From positions 1 to 64,000 of the forward strand of contig JALDZS010000109.1 of NCBI GenBank assembly GCA_022813965.1: a DNA stretch of 64,000 bases, read 5' to 3'. The notes under the pieces are model-generated. The model had not been told where the DNA came from and did not search any database. It saw nothing but the letters and a program-made list of their open reading frames with translations. Shown in pieces: positions 1 to 11,120 of this stretch (the stretch's first letter is position 1; the number at the start of each line of letters is the position of its first letter). The DNA comes from Toensbergia leucococca (lineage: Eukaryota). The position numbers and the translations under genes were made by a program.

Positions 1-983
1 CCTTAGAACGTAGTTGTAGCTCAAAGGAGTTGCAGAACTGTGAATAAACTCCTTGACGCTTCTTGCCTGCAGCCGCTAAGGACACATCTATTGCCTCTTG
101 CTTTGCCAGCCAGATCTTTTCCTCCTTTATCCATCTAGTTATGTCCTCCTGTTTTAACTCTTCTTTAGACATAGCCCTAGCTTTTGAAGTCTCTTTCTCA
201 TAGATGTGACGGGGACCTTTCCATCCCCATGCAATAGAACCCCAAAACATGAATGTGGAGTTAGATTTAAAGGACTTTTCCATACATTCTAAATCCCATT
301 CTTCATCCTTGGTACGTGTGATAAGGCCTTTCCCTCGGTGCTCTCCCATTATCACAGATGTTTCATCAGTAAAGATGACTTGATCCCAGCCACCTATGTC
401 TAATATATTGTCCTCTTTACTGTGTAGAGTCCATGTTTCATGCCACAAACAGAAAACCATGCGATCATCCTTCATTTTGTTGTTAAGAAATGGCTTGTAT
501 CGTGGATGATAACGTCCGTATCCACCTTCTCTAAAAGCCTTTGCAATGGTAGGAGGAGATGCCTGAATGCCACAATCCTTAAGAGAGTTAGTCAAGCTGC
601 AGATATACTTGCAAGAATCATACCTTTGCGACATCCATCCAGCTTGCATGCCTCCATTCATAGGTGCTGATGGCCTTCCTCCATAGTCTCTCTTTCTCCT
701 CCTTTGTCAAGAGATTTGATCGGCCTTTCTTAGGATCTGGAAGCAGATTCTCTTCAGTTGAATCCTCCCTAGCTCTTTTTTCTCCCCTTTTAGCAATCCG
801 TCGTACCGTGGTACGATTCAAATGCAAGGATTCAGCCACATTTGTTATGTGTTGATTATTGCTGATTTCTCCTAGGGGATGACGATCCTGAACGTTAATA
901 GCATAGCTAATTGCTCCCCTTGTGGATGGACTGATCTGACGACCACCCCGGTGCTTATTTACAAGCCCATTATTACAAAGCAT
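1..983 (-). CDS. Tc1-like transposase (partial), one 46-bp intron 578..623
   Basis: Exon 1 encodes an HTH-like segment (TNVAESLHLNRTTVRRIAKR). The intron reads GTATGA..CTAAC..TAAG. Exon 2 is open to base 1 and contains KPFLN, WDQVIFTDETSV (first catalytic D) and FMFWGSIAWGWKGP, typical of Tc1 transposases. Confidence 0.88.
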
Positions 984-1107
984 GGATGTGGATGAGATAC
1001 AGATCAATAAACAGTATGATTTGCATCGAATTCCCGATTCTTAGGATCACTACGTTGGCCTAATACCCTACGGTGGCCTGGTCAGGACTTAATTTTTTGA
1101 CCTCGTA
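1..1107 (-). mobile_element. Tc1/mariner (DDE) DNA transposon, 5' part; runs off the window start
   Basis: Contains the spliced transposase below. Candidate terminus on the minus strand TA-CGAGGTCAAAAAATTAAGTCC at ~1107-1085; the partner TIR lies outside the window, so the end is not confirmed. Confidence 0.8.
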
Positions 1108-2158
1108 CTATTCTTAATGAAAGAATAAGGTACGTTGTACCTAGGCACGTGCTAGGTACGAGTGGTGGAGGAGCTCCGCAGCCGATGTCATCGGGCCATA
1201 AATTTCAACTTCCTCACACTTCTAAGGTAGCATTTATTCAACAAGCCACATTAGGATCTTTTACAATAACCCTGAACATCGTTGAGACAATTCTTCGCCC
1301 ATCATCCGCCTCCTACCTTACCTAGTACTTGTCGCAATGAAGTTTGCTTGCTTCTCCGCCGCCGCATGGACACTCTTCGCTCACTGCAGCCCCACTGTCT
1401 TTCTTCACCCGTTACGCTGCTGAGACTCTTACTACGACGTACTCTTTGAACTCAAGCAGCACTGGAAAAGCAATCTCTTCTACTAGCCACAGCGCCCACC
1501 ATTGTGCTCTTTCTAGCTACACTTTCTGTCCGGCCGAAATTATTTGTCCATTCTTTTCAAATTTCACTGGTCCCCTCAGTCTCAGTGCCTCTGCACCTGG
1601 ACTGCTAAATGCTACGGAGTATCACGCTCGCCTACGAGGCCTTGGCCCAAAGCTACAAGAACATCATGTCTGACGTTACAGTGCGCATGAAGGCGAAGCA
1701 AGAGACCCTGAGCGACATAGCAATCCCCTTCTGTATCCCTCTGCAGGCCTTTCTTTCAATGCCAATTTGCACTAGACTATTAAGATTGCGAGCACTAACA
1801 TTAGCGGCATTTTCCCTGCCATGAACATGCAAGGTGATGATGGTTGGACACTCTGCGCATTCATGTCTGGCTCATGCGGTGTCCCTACACCGCCTCAATT
1901 GGACATCAATTGAACCTCAATACCGTGTTCAAATGAATGAAGAAGCTTAGCTCACAAGCTTTACTTTCAAGCAAGGAGGCGTCAAAAGTCGTGCACATCA
2001 GTGACTACCATCCTGACATGTGTCACGTTATCGGGCCTGAGGCTAATTGCAAAGGCGCTGTGTGCTGCCATTTACTCCCATTCACCAATGTCTCCCTACC
2101 TACCTATTGAGGAGCCCGCGTCATTGTTCAGGAGTTAGTAACCTCCGTTAATTAGAGC

Positions 2159-3310
2159 GTGGCAAAATTGACCAGTCACGCTTGGTCCAACTTCTCCTTT
2201 AACATTGTCACTGTAGCCTTGGTCTCATATGACCTCTGGGAGCTGGCTGAGCTTTATGTATTGATCAAAGAGCTTGGAGCCTATCATTTCAACGGCATGA
2301 GAGGCGTCAAATTGTACCGAACGCTATGGTATCAAATCCTGATGTTACTAACTGAATGAAAAGCTACTTATGAGGTTGAAGTAACCACGACAACTGTCCA
2401 CATGCTTGCACAGCATTCCCAGATCAGGACATCGTTTTGCTCCCTAATGCTTCCTACCCCGTTCAGGAGCAATACAACCATCAGAATGTCAACACTGCTT
2501 AGAAGGACCATGGCTGGTCAAGTTCTACTGAAGCGCAAACAATTATTTCCAGTGGTTCAGGCATCTACCGAGCAGTGACTCCTGAAGGCCCTGTTATCGT
2601 CTCTCTACAGTGATGTTTTGTACTGTTTTGAAATCTACGCTTACGTTGGCGCAGATAAAGTTGACATGACTAGTCTATTCGGCACCCTCATCGGCTATCT
2701 GCTTGAAGCCGAGTCTGCAATGGCCGTCTGGCTTATCCAGCACGTCAATGTTGGTGGTAGTACCGACTACGAATGCCTACCAGCAGCAACAGATCTTTGC
2801 TATCAGATTGTTGATCGCTTCCCCAATACCGTACGCGGCACATCCTCGGACCTACGCATTGAGACAAGCTCGGTATCTTTGACACGAACAATCTTACTGA
2901 GCAGACCGTCGATACTGCTGCGAATGTGGCGTACGGTATATCATGCCCTCCGTGGCATCCTACAAAACCTCAACGCCGGCTTCCGCCATTATCTTATTCA
3001 GCCTGAGAGCTTCGACTTGATTGATTCTATCATCTACTATGCCAAGATCTCCAGCCCGAATGAATGGACACACGATGGCGATGTTACCCGAGATTTTGAA
3101 TAAAGTACTTCATGCCAGCAAGGATGTGGCGACATGGAGTCCATGCTCTCCTTGATACGCCAACTTCCAAAAACTCTGAATCACATGCTAGCCTTCATCT
3201 ACATCACATCTTCTATGATGGCCCTCCTATATGAGAACGTACCAGCTTTTGAGGATACGTGGATTGAATGTTAAGGTGACTTAGGTCGTTACCGGATGGC
3301 CATTGAGCCT
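2159..3310 (+). pseudogene. Est1/Ebs1/SMG6-like protein relic
   Basis: 3112-3310 translates MPARMWRHGVHALLD /frameshift/ RQLPKTLNHMLAFIYITSSMMALLYENVPAFEDTWIEC*GDLGRYRMAIE, matching the ascomycete Est1-like CLGDLGRYR block with a TAA in place of Leu. The upstream boundary is uncertain. Confidence 0.75.
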
Positions 3311-5706
3311 TGGGCCGGGCACCCTTTGGAAATTTTTCGAGTCACGTGTTGCAAAGTTTTACACCCAAAGCAATGTAACATTTGTCTCAGAACTCTACTA
3401 AATGATCTGGGTTTCAATATTCTCAGTCATGTGTTTCTGTTCAATCACGCCTAATATGATTTGAGGGGCCAGAGGTTGACATGGAAGAATGCAGACCGGG
3501 AATACACCTGCGATTGCTCAATTGGTCATCAAGCCGTGGGAGCCGAGGGAAAACATGGTTGATTGACTTTACAGACAATAAAGTACTTTCTAATTTCGCA
3601 TGGTGGTCTAGAAATCCTTTGAGACACCAACCCTTTTATCACTGCCAGTCCATCAAAGAAATTCCATGCATGAACCCATCCACAGCAGACCAGCGAGCCT
3701 AGGCCAGGCCACATACAACCTAACTTCCGTATCGCGCTCTCAGGTCTTGGGCTTTCCTGCAGCGATGTCATCTACCAATAGTATTTAGCATGAAGCAGGC
3801 CTCTGCTCACCTTTGGGGTCATCGCTAGCCTCGCCGAGGAATTCCCAACAACGACTCCAACCTTGGATATGTTGGCCCATGGCGCCTTCTCGAGTAGCAA
3901 CGCTCTGGCGTTGTCCTACAAGGAAAGCTTTGTATTGATCGACTTCTCGAAGATATCGATCAACAGCTGCGGTTTGCTGTGGCTGACTCGTTTGAGGAGC
4001 CGGCGGCCCCGATGAGGTGGGAGCCTTGCGAGGTTTGGAAGGGCTTTATGACGGTCATGATCAGCCAGGTTCGTATTAGAAGAGAGAGTACTATTGAGGC
4101 GAAGGAAGAAATTCAGACCAACCTCATGGTATCTAAGAAGAGATTGCTCGACAGACTAAATCACTTATGAATAGAAGGTGAAGAGGTCCTTCAGATAATC
4201 TAAAGAAGTTGAATTGAGACTAGAAAATTTTCACAATTGTTGTAGGAGAAGAAAGAGGGGAGCCAGAGGTGGAAGAGAAGGGGGAGAAGGAAAAGAAAAA
4301 TAGAAGATATGGACACACATTAGCAGGATGTCAACTGCGCCCATACACCCTTGTGTGGATTGATTACCATCTTGGAGTTGCCTGATCTACCACTGGCAGG
4401 TTGTGTAAGATCCTACCACATCAAGAAGGTAGAATAGCCAGTGGGGGTATTTTGTACCGTAACAAAAGGTACACAATCCATATGAAAACATGAAATATTG
4501 TGTTACGAGCATTTTTATTAGATGTGAAGGGGTGACATCAAGTTTGGTTATATAAGTTGGCCGGTACGTAATCACAAGTTTTCAGTATCTTTGTGGTATG
4601 AGTGATGGAAAGTGGACAGGACAAGCAAACGAGCAACCGTCGTCAGTAGGTCAGGTATGGCGACGGACCTAGCGTACCTACCTACGATGGAGCACAGACC
4701 AAGTTGACCAAGTTGTCTACATGTCCATGATTAAGCATACAGTGCTTTGGTCTGATTGGTTGCTGCACATGGTGCGCTTCTGAAAACCCTGCGCGATCCG
4801 CTGGCTTGGAGCCCAGAGCTGTATGAAGAAAGTATCGGCCGTCCCTGTCACTGGCACACCCTGGCTAGTGGCTCCACTAGCGCCGCAATTCCGTCGTCCT
4901 TGACTTCCGCCAGTGCCCGCGTATTTCAAGTTACGCGCTAGTCCTGCAAGCACGTTCCACGCTTGTTGCAATCGTAAAAAGAGTCGACCCCCAACCGACT
5001 CAACCGGCCAGCCTTATAGAGCTAGGTCAGAAATCTATTGGGGTAGGTTCTTTTCTATCACTTAGTGCCGCACAAGTGGAAGTTTGCATTGAAGTGATCA
5101 AGACCCTGACTACAGGGTCACTAGACTCCACTAGAATACTGTATGAGTCGGAGGTGTGACCGAACTCCAAGAAGAGGTCAATTTCTTCTCTTATTTCAAC
5201 TGATCTGATTCGCCCTCTATGAGGTTTTGTGCTAGTAAGATTAGAGTTGGTCGTAGCTGAATTTTCCGCGAATAAGTAATGTGGCTTTTCTACCCCAAGG
5301 CGATGTACTATTTTTCATGGATGTCATACTGAACCTCCTCGGATCGTGAGTGGTTAAACTCAGCCATCTCTTTTTTCAATCGCCTCTTACCCTTGCCGTT
5401 GCCTCGTTATTCCGAGTTACATGATGCATTTCCCAAGCCGCCATCAACCCCCCCCTCTACCAAAAAAAAAAGGAGAAGAGATAATCTCATCGAAACGAAG
5501 CAGTTTGGAAATCTAATCTAGTCTAGCCTACCCATGCAAAGGAAAGGAAAGGAATTGAGAAAACCCAGCGTTTACGCAACATAGGCGATGCACAACACAC
5601 ACACACCCCCCTAATCAACCCAAATCTATCCCTCACTCACAAAACCCCGCCCTCATCCCAAAAAAGCCCACAAATTTTCCCTTTCCCAGCACACCCCCCC
5701 GAAGAA

Positions 5707-7302
5707 CTAACTCCTCAACTCACTACCAATGAACGGAAAAAGCACCAAACACGCCTTCCAGAACACCTCCCCGCTCTCCACCACCGCACCCGGCAGCCGC
5801 CACCACCCGGACTTCCCAGCCCCGGCCAACACGATCCAAATCGACAGGAGCGCGACGGCGAAGAAGTGGTAGAAGAGGACGAAGGGTCGACGGATGATGC
5901 CGGCGAGGAGGCCGACGGGGCCGTCGACGCATTGGCCGCCGAGTTGGAAGTAGCGGAAGCAGCCGAGTTGGAGGGCGCGGAGTTGGGGGTCTGATTTGAG
6001 GGGTTAGTTGGGTTGGAGGAGAGAATGGTGTAAGGGGGGAGGGCTTCTTTTATAAAGCGATTCAGAAGGATGGGGAGAAGAGGAGGGGGGAAATCTACCG
6101 TTTGCAGCGAAGAGGGAATAGAGAGCTTGGGCTAGGATATTGATGACAGAGGAGAGGTGTTTCCGGCGCCAGTGAAACGTCTTCATCTGCCTGAGCACGA
6201 GCTTTGTATCCCCCAAATCGGGCACCACAGCTGGCGCCAGCAGATCTCTTAGAAGCACGACGTCGTTGAACGCTACCGTCATACCGCCGCCCGTCAACGG
6301 ATGCCGCATGTTCATCGCGTCACCCAGCATGATGATGCCGGGGACTCGATTTGTACTCGGCGGCAGGAACGAATTGGGCATGCTGCGCAGTCCGCCCTCT
6401 TCCAGCGCTCGCTCAAAGGAGCTTTTTACGCACGGCGGTAGGCCGGGTAGAACGTGCTCTTTCAGATGGCATTTGACGCCGCCGTTCTCGCCTTTGGCGC
6501 TCTCCAGCCCCTCGGGTACATCCACTAGGGCTCGGGTCTCCCGCGTGCCTATCTGGTACAGCAGAACCGGCGCCCCGGCCCCAAGCACCACGTGCCCGTG
6601 TCCGGGAAGCGGCAAGTCTGCATCGATAAGCTCTAGCCCCCAGAACCTGGATTTGAAGACCGGCTGAGTAGTTCCAAGTTCTCCGCGAAAGCGACTGGCA
6701 TACCCATCCGCCACAACAGTCAATCCCCCAAAATAGTAATCTTTTTTCCCGCGCGTCTCACTGTTCACCCCGACCACCTGCCCCGTCCACCCGTTCTTCA
6801 CCATGCCCGTGACTTTAGTCTCCACAACCAAGATATTCTCCTCCCGCATAGCCGCCTCCCTCAACCGTCTTATAAACCTCCCGTGATGAAAACTTCTCCC
6901 TTCAGGCCTTCGCCCAGCATCCCCCTCCCCCCCCGTCACATTCTCTGGATACGGCACCCTAACCTCCTCCCCGTAGTATATAACTTCATATCCCTTGACA
7001 ACACATGCATCAATTTCTTCCAAACACCACCTCAACCCCAACTCCTCCAAAGCCTGTACACCCCCAGGCTGCAGCAGTTCGCCGACTATTCGATCTGGTT
7101 CTTTGAGGGATTTCTCGAGGAGGGTAACGGAGCGACCTTGGCGGGCAAGCGCGACGGCGAGGGAGCAGCCAAGGATTCCGGCGCCGACGATGACGACGTC
7201 AGATTCATGATGCTGAAGGCGGCGGATGGAGGCTGTAGTTGGGAGTGCTTTTGTGGGGAGTTGGGAGGGGGAAGGAGGTGGCGAGTCAAGGATTAGAGGC
7301 AT
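5707..7302 (-). CDS. ERG1: Squalene epoxidase (monooxygenase); intron 5991..6098
   Basis: FAD motif VVIVGAGILG, EPDRIVGELLQPGG, GDAMNMRHPLTGGGMTVA. Exon 2 reads DPQLRALQLGCFRYFQLGG with a hydrophobic C-terminus and TAG at 5707. Confidence 0.97.
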
Positions 7303-7724
7303 TTTGGGGCTGGGATGGAATGATGGACTATGATCGATGAGTATCGCGAAGAGGGAGACGTAATTGTGGTTGTGACATGCTTACATTGAGGGAAGTAAGA
7401 CGAGTTTAGCTTGCATAAAGAAATCCAGATTAAGTTTATTTTCACCTTGTGGCGGTGTGCGTTTAAGGTCTCACTAGAGTAGCGCTAAGCGCGATTGATG
7501 GCTGAGTTGTGATTGGGTGGATAAAGATGATCTACCACCACTACCCTGCTTTCATCAGTCTCCATGCTTCCTGATTTGAGAACGCTCTTGATATTATGTT
7601 CTAGAACTAGCAGTCTTTCTGGACACAGCTTGGCAATGGCATAGGACATTTCCATCGTTTGGGATTTCGAATCTGTCCAATTTCTAATTTGTATATTCTT
7701 ACAGTGTACAAGAGATCTTCTTTG

Positions 7725-9052
7725 TCACTCCACCCTCGTCGGTATTTTAATTTGCCCCCTTTTTCGATCCTCATGTGGAAACCCATATCTCGCGCCCACC
7801 CCTCTTTTATCCCTCCCATCCTTTCCTACGCTCTCAACAGAAATATCCCTAAACTTAAAATCCCATCTCCCCTGTGGTGGCCTCACTACCCTAACATCCC
7901 TCTCTTCCTTTTCCTTCTTTGCCTGTTCTCTCTCATCTTTCTCTCTCAGTTCTGCCATCATTCTCTCCCTTTGCCTTGCGATCCTCTCCTCCCTTGGAAC
8001 TCCGGCCATCCTTTCTCTCTCCAACTGAATAAGTTCTGGATGCGGGATCCGGTCATCGGCCGGTAGGAGATTGCGTGAGAAGACCTTACCTGCGTCAACG
8101 CGAGTGAAATGGCGGGATTCCGCGACGGGGTGGAAGATCTGGGGCAGAGTATCACGGTGAACAGGGAGGTCATTGATAGATTCGTGGGTTGTAGGAGGAA
8201 GGTTAGGGGTGAAGGGGGTTTTCGGGAGCATGGCGAGAATGGCGCGCGCGTAAGTAGTTGCAAGGTGCTTGTTCTAGACTCATTGAATTAGCCTATTACA
8301 AAAAAAAACAGACTTTGAACAAAAAGATGGTTAGAAGGATGGTAGTCAGAGAGTTGTAATTTATTTTTGTAACCATGGGGATGTCTTCAAGACTAATCGA
8401 ATTTTGGTTGGTATCTCATCATGGTAAATGGTGGTAGTAGAGGCGCAAGTTTGTGCTCTTCACGAATTTGGCCTACCTTTTTTATCCATTCGTTCTCCAC
8501 GCTCTTCAGTCGTACCACGGCCCCTACTCTACTCATCTCAATGCCTAACTCTGCACTTACAATCCTAACACTCTTTCCTTGGGTATTGACCCGCTCATAG
8601 ATCTCGTCTCTCAACGCATCACTCAGCACTGGTTGACTTCTAAATTGGCGATTCAAGGGAAACGGCATCAAGTCGACATCCATCTCCTTTGGTATAGGCT
8701 CTCCACTAGCGAGGTTCTTCTCGGTTCTAGATCCTTCATCTTCTTCGCCATCTATTAGATCCTTTATAGTCTCATCTCCATTTCGTGATGATGATGTTTC
8801 TGTACGGCGAATAAGTCGACCGTTCCGATCGTAAGCATTGATGTAGTTGGTGGAGCCAGGTAGAGGATCTTTAAAGACAGCGCCAGGGCCATTGATCCAG
8901 CGGAACATCATGCGCCTTTGTCGAGTTGCATTGTGGGGAGTGGATGAGAAGGCTCTTGAATGGGGGTTGTGAAGGCATCGGCAATGTGAAGGGCGATTTG
9001 CAGGTGTTTGAATTGGAGATTGAAGATTCGATTTTCGTATGCGTAATGGCAT
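7725..9052 (-). CDS. MRPS35: Mitochondrial small-subunit ribosomal protein mS45 (Mrps35/Bot1 family); intron 8274..8476
   Basis: Arg/Ser-rich presequence-like N-terminus; PFPLNRQFRSQPVLS, SAELGIEMSRVGAVVRLK; exon 2 has FHPVAESRHFTRVDA and VGARYGFPHEDRKRG. Confidence 0.88.
8342..8426 (-). ncRNA. Intronic box C/D snoRNA with two LSU-rRNA antisense elements
   Basis: Box C ATGATGA (8422-8416), D' TTGA (8390-8387), box D CTGA (8349-8346). Guide TTCGATTAGTC(TT) is complementary to LSU AAGACUAAUCGAA and guide AAATTACAACTC to LSU GAGUUGUAAUUU (rRNA sequences from memory). Box D lies ~70 nt upstream of the 3' splice site. Confidence 0.85.
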
Positions 9053-11120
9053 TGCGGACTGGAAAGCCTTGTCACAAAAACCCCGCCTCCAACGCGTTAG
9101 GAAGGCACCCAAGAGATATGAAGTAGAAGTTCGATGTGAGATCAAGCATCCAATCGTGGAAGTAGAAGTATGGGCTCACGGGCTAAAGTACTAGCGCAAC
9201 ATGCTAGGCCGCCGCTTATGAGTTATGAGGCTGTGGGCCCCTGTTCTCAACCTTGCCTCGAGTGCCTCCATCAAAATATCCCCTTCGCTTTCACATTTGC
9301 GAGGTTCTTCTTCTAAATCATACCATCTTATCTCGGAGAAGAATCACATCAGTGAATAAGGAACACAAATGATTTAAAAAGATTTGATTAGAAATAAAGC
9401 TGATTTAGTTTAGTATCAATTTATGAACCATCAATAGTATTCAAACCATTCATTCAGATGAAACTCTCACATCTTCTATATCATCCCTATCTATCTCTAC
9501 ACTACAATATACCTTGACAATCATTCAATTAAAAAAAACAAGCAGAGTCTTAAGTATGAAATAAATCTTAAGACAGTTTTGAAGGGCGCTTTAATATTTG
9601 ATTGCAAAATATTGAGGTTGCATCTGACTGATTGTGACAAATTTAAGAAAAGTCTAGACCTTGAGTTTTGTCTGCTTTGTCTCTTTTCTAAATGCTGATA
9701 CTTCACGTTTGAAGATGAGGTTTATCTTTCTATCAACCAACATAGTAGACTCTCTAACAAGAAGGCAACTGACAGGAGTGGATGGCAGGAGAGGCTCGAC
9801 ATTAAGATTCTTCTCGCTCAAACGACCTTTTGATTCCAAGGCGAAGTCAACCAGTTGAGAGATCCCGCCTCAGGATCAATTGCACCTGACAATCCAAGTT
9901 ATGAAGATGATTCCAATACTCGTACGGGTAGCATAGACGTAGTCGTTGTGATTCGGTTGCTTTGAGCTGGAAATTCAAGCTGGATTTCCCCCTCCTCTTT
10001 CTTGTCACTCTATATCGCTCAATATTACTAGAGTCTTCAAATACTTCGCCAAATGTTGCTACCATTGCTAGCTGATGAACCTTTAATTATTGGATCATTC
10101 ATTGTGTTCTGTCGCTATCGGATGTTGTTTGGTTCCGAATGCTTGTGAACGCTTTTCTAACGATCGATGAGGAAATCAATCCAATGAATCCAGAGCCTGA
10201 CCGGAACTCTGGGGTAATCGAGTGGTTTGCGCACGTAGGCTGCATCGCTCGTAGAGGAACGTTTAACATCACTATCTCAAGCCATAAACTCACTCTTCCC
10301 CCAAAGATAGATTAAAGGAAGGAGCGAGAGAAACATGAACAGCTGAATTGGAGTTTGAGTAAAGAGTCTTGAAAAATAAGGGGTCGCCGGTCTGGTGGTG
10401 AGAGAATTGGTGGGACGAAGACGATGGCTTAGAGAAGAAGATTGTTTCTTTGGACTGCGTGGGCTGCGAGTCTATACTTATATTTCCCGTCGGATGTGAG
10501 CCTAGGTATTGCGACGATTCTATCAGCTACGATGGGGGATGAACGCTTTTTTTTCCGGAGAGACTTAATTGATCTATCGAGCTTTTCTAGAGGCCTGAGA
10601 AGTGGCCATCGGAGGATTCTAGAACAGAAATGAGATTACAATCCGACTAAGTGTCTTGTTTGATGAAATGCAGGGTTGGTTGATTGATCACGGTACTTTT
10701 GTAGCAGAAGCTTGAGAGCGAGAAAGCACATGTTCAGAGAGAAATGAGAGGCCTGTCACTATTCGCCGGTCATTAGTTGCAGAGATATGCATTGATTGAG
10801 CGAAAGAAGCGTTGAGCCAACAGTATGCGGCACCAATCATTTTAAGGCTGAATAGAAAAATGCATAATGTGTTGTGAATTCTGCGTGTACTTTCCTCGAA
10901 GCAAGAACTAATATCGGCACTAAAATGAGTGACATCCGCTTCAGGCTTTAATAATCAAATGACCATCATCTAGTATCTGCCACTGAACTCACACAATTAC
11001 CCGTCAAACGTCGACAAGAGAATACAAAGAAGGAACGAGTAAGAAAACAGAGAATGGACATGGATGCTGTCTTGTTGTAGTCTGTTCTGTTGAGACTCCG
11101 TGTTCTGGAACACTAGCTCA

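Noticed and set aside
1337..1700. Signal-peptide-like start MKFACFSAAAWTLFAHCSP
   Set aside because: The frame closes after 28 codons; the downstream frames are unassignable.
9500..10400. Chain of short minus-strand ORFs suggesting a decayed gene
   Set aside because: No recognisable motif; cannot be assigned without a search.
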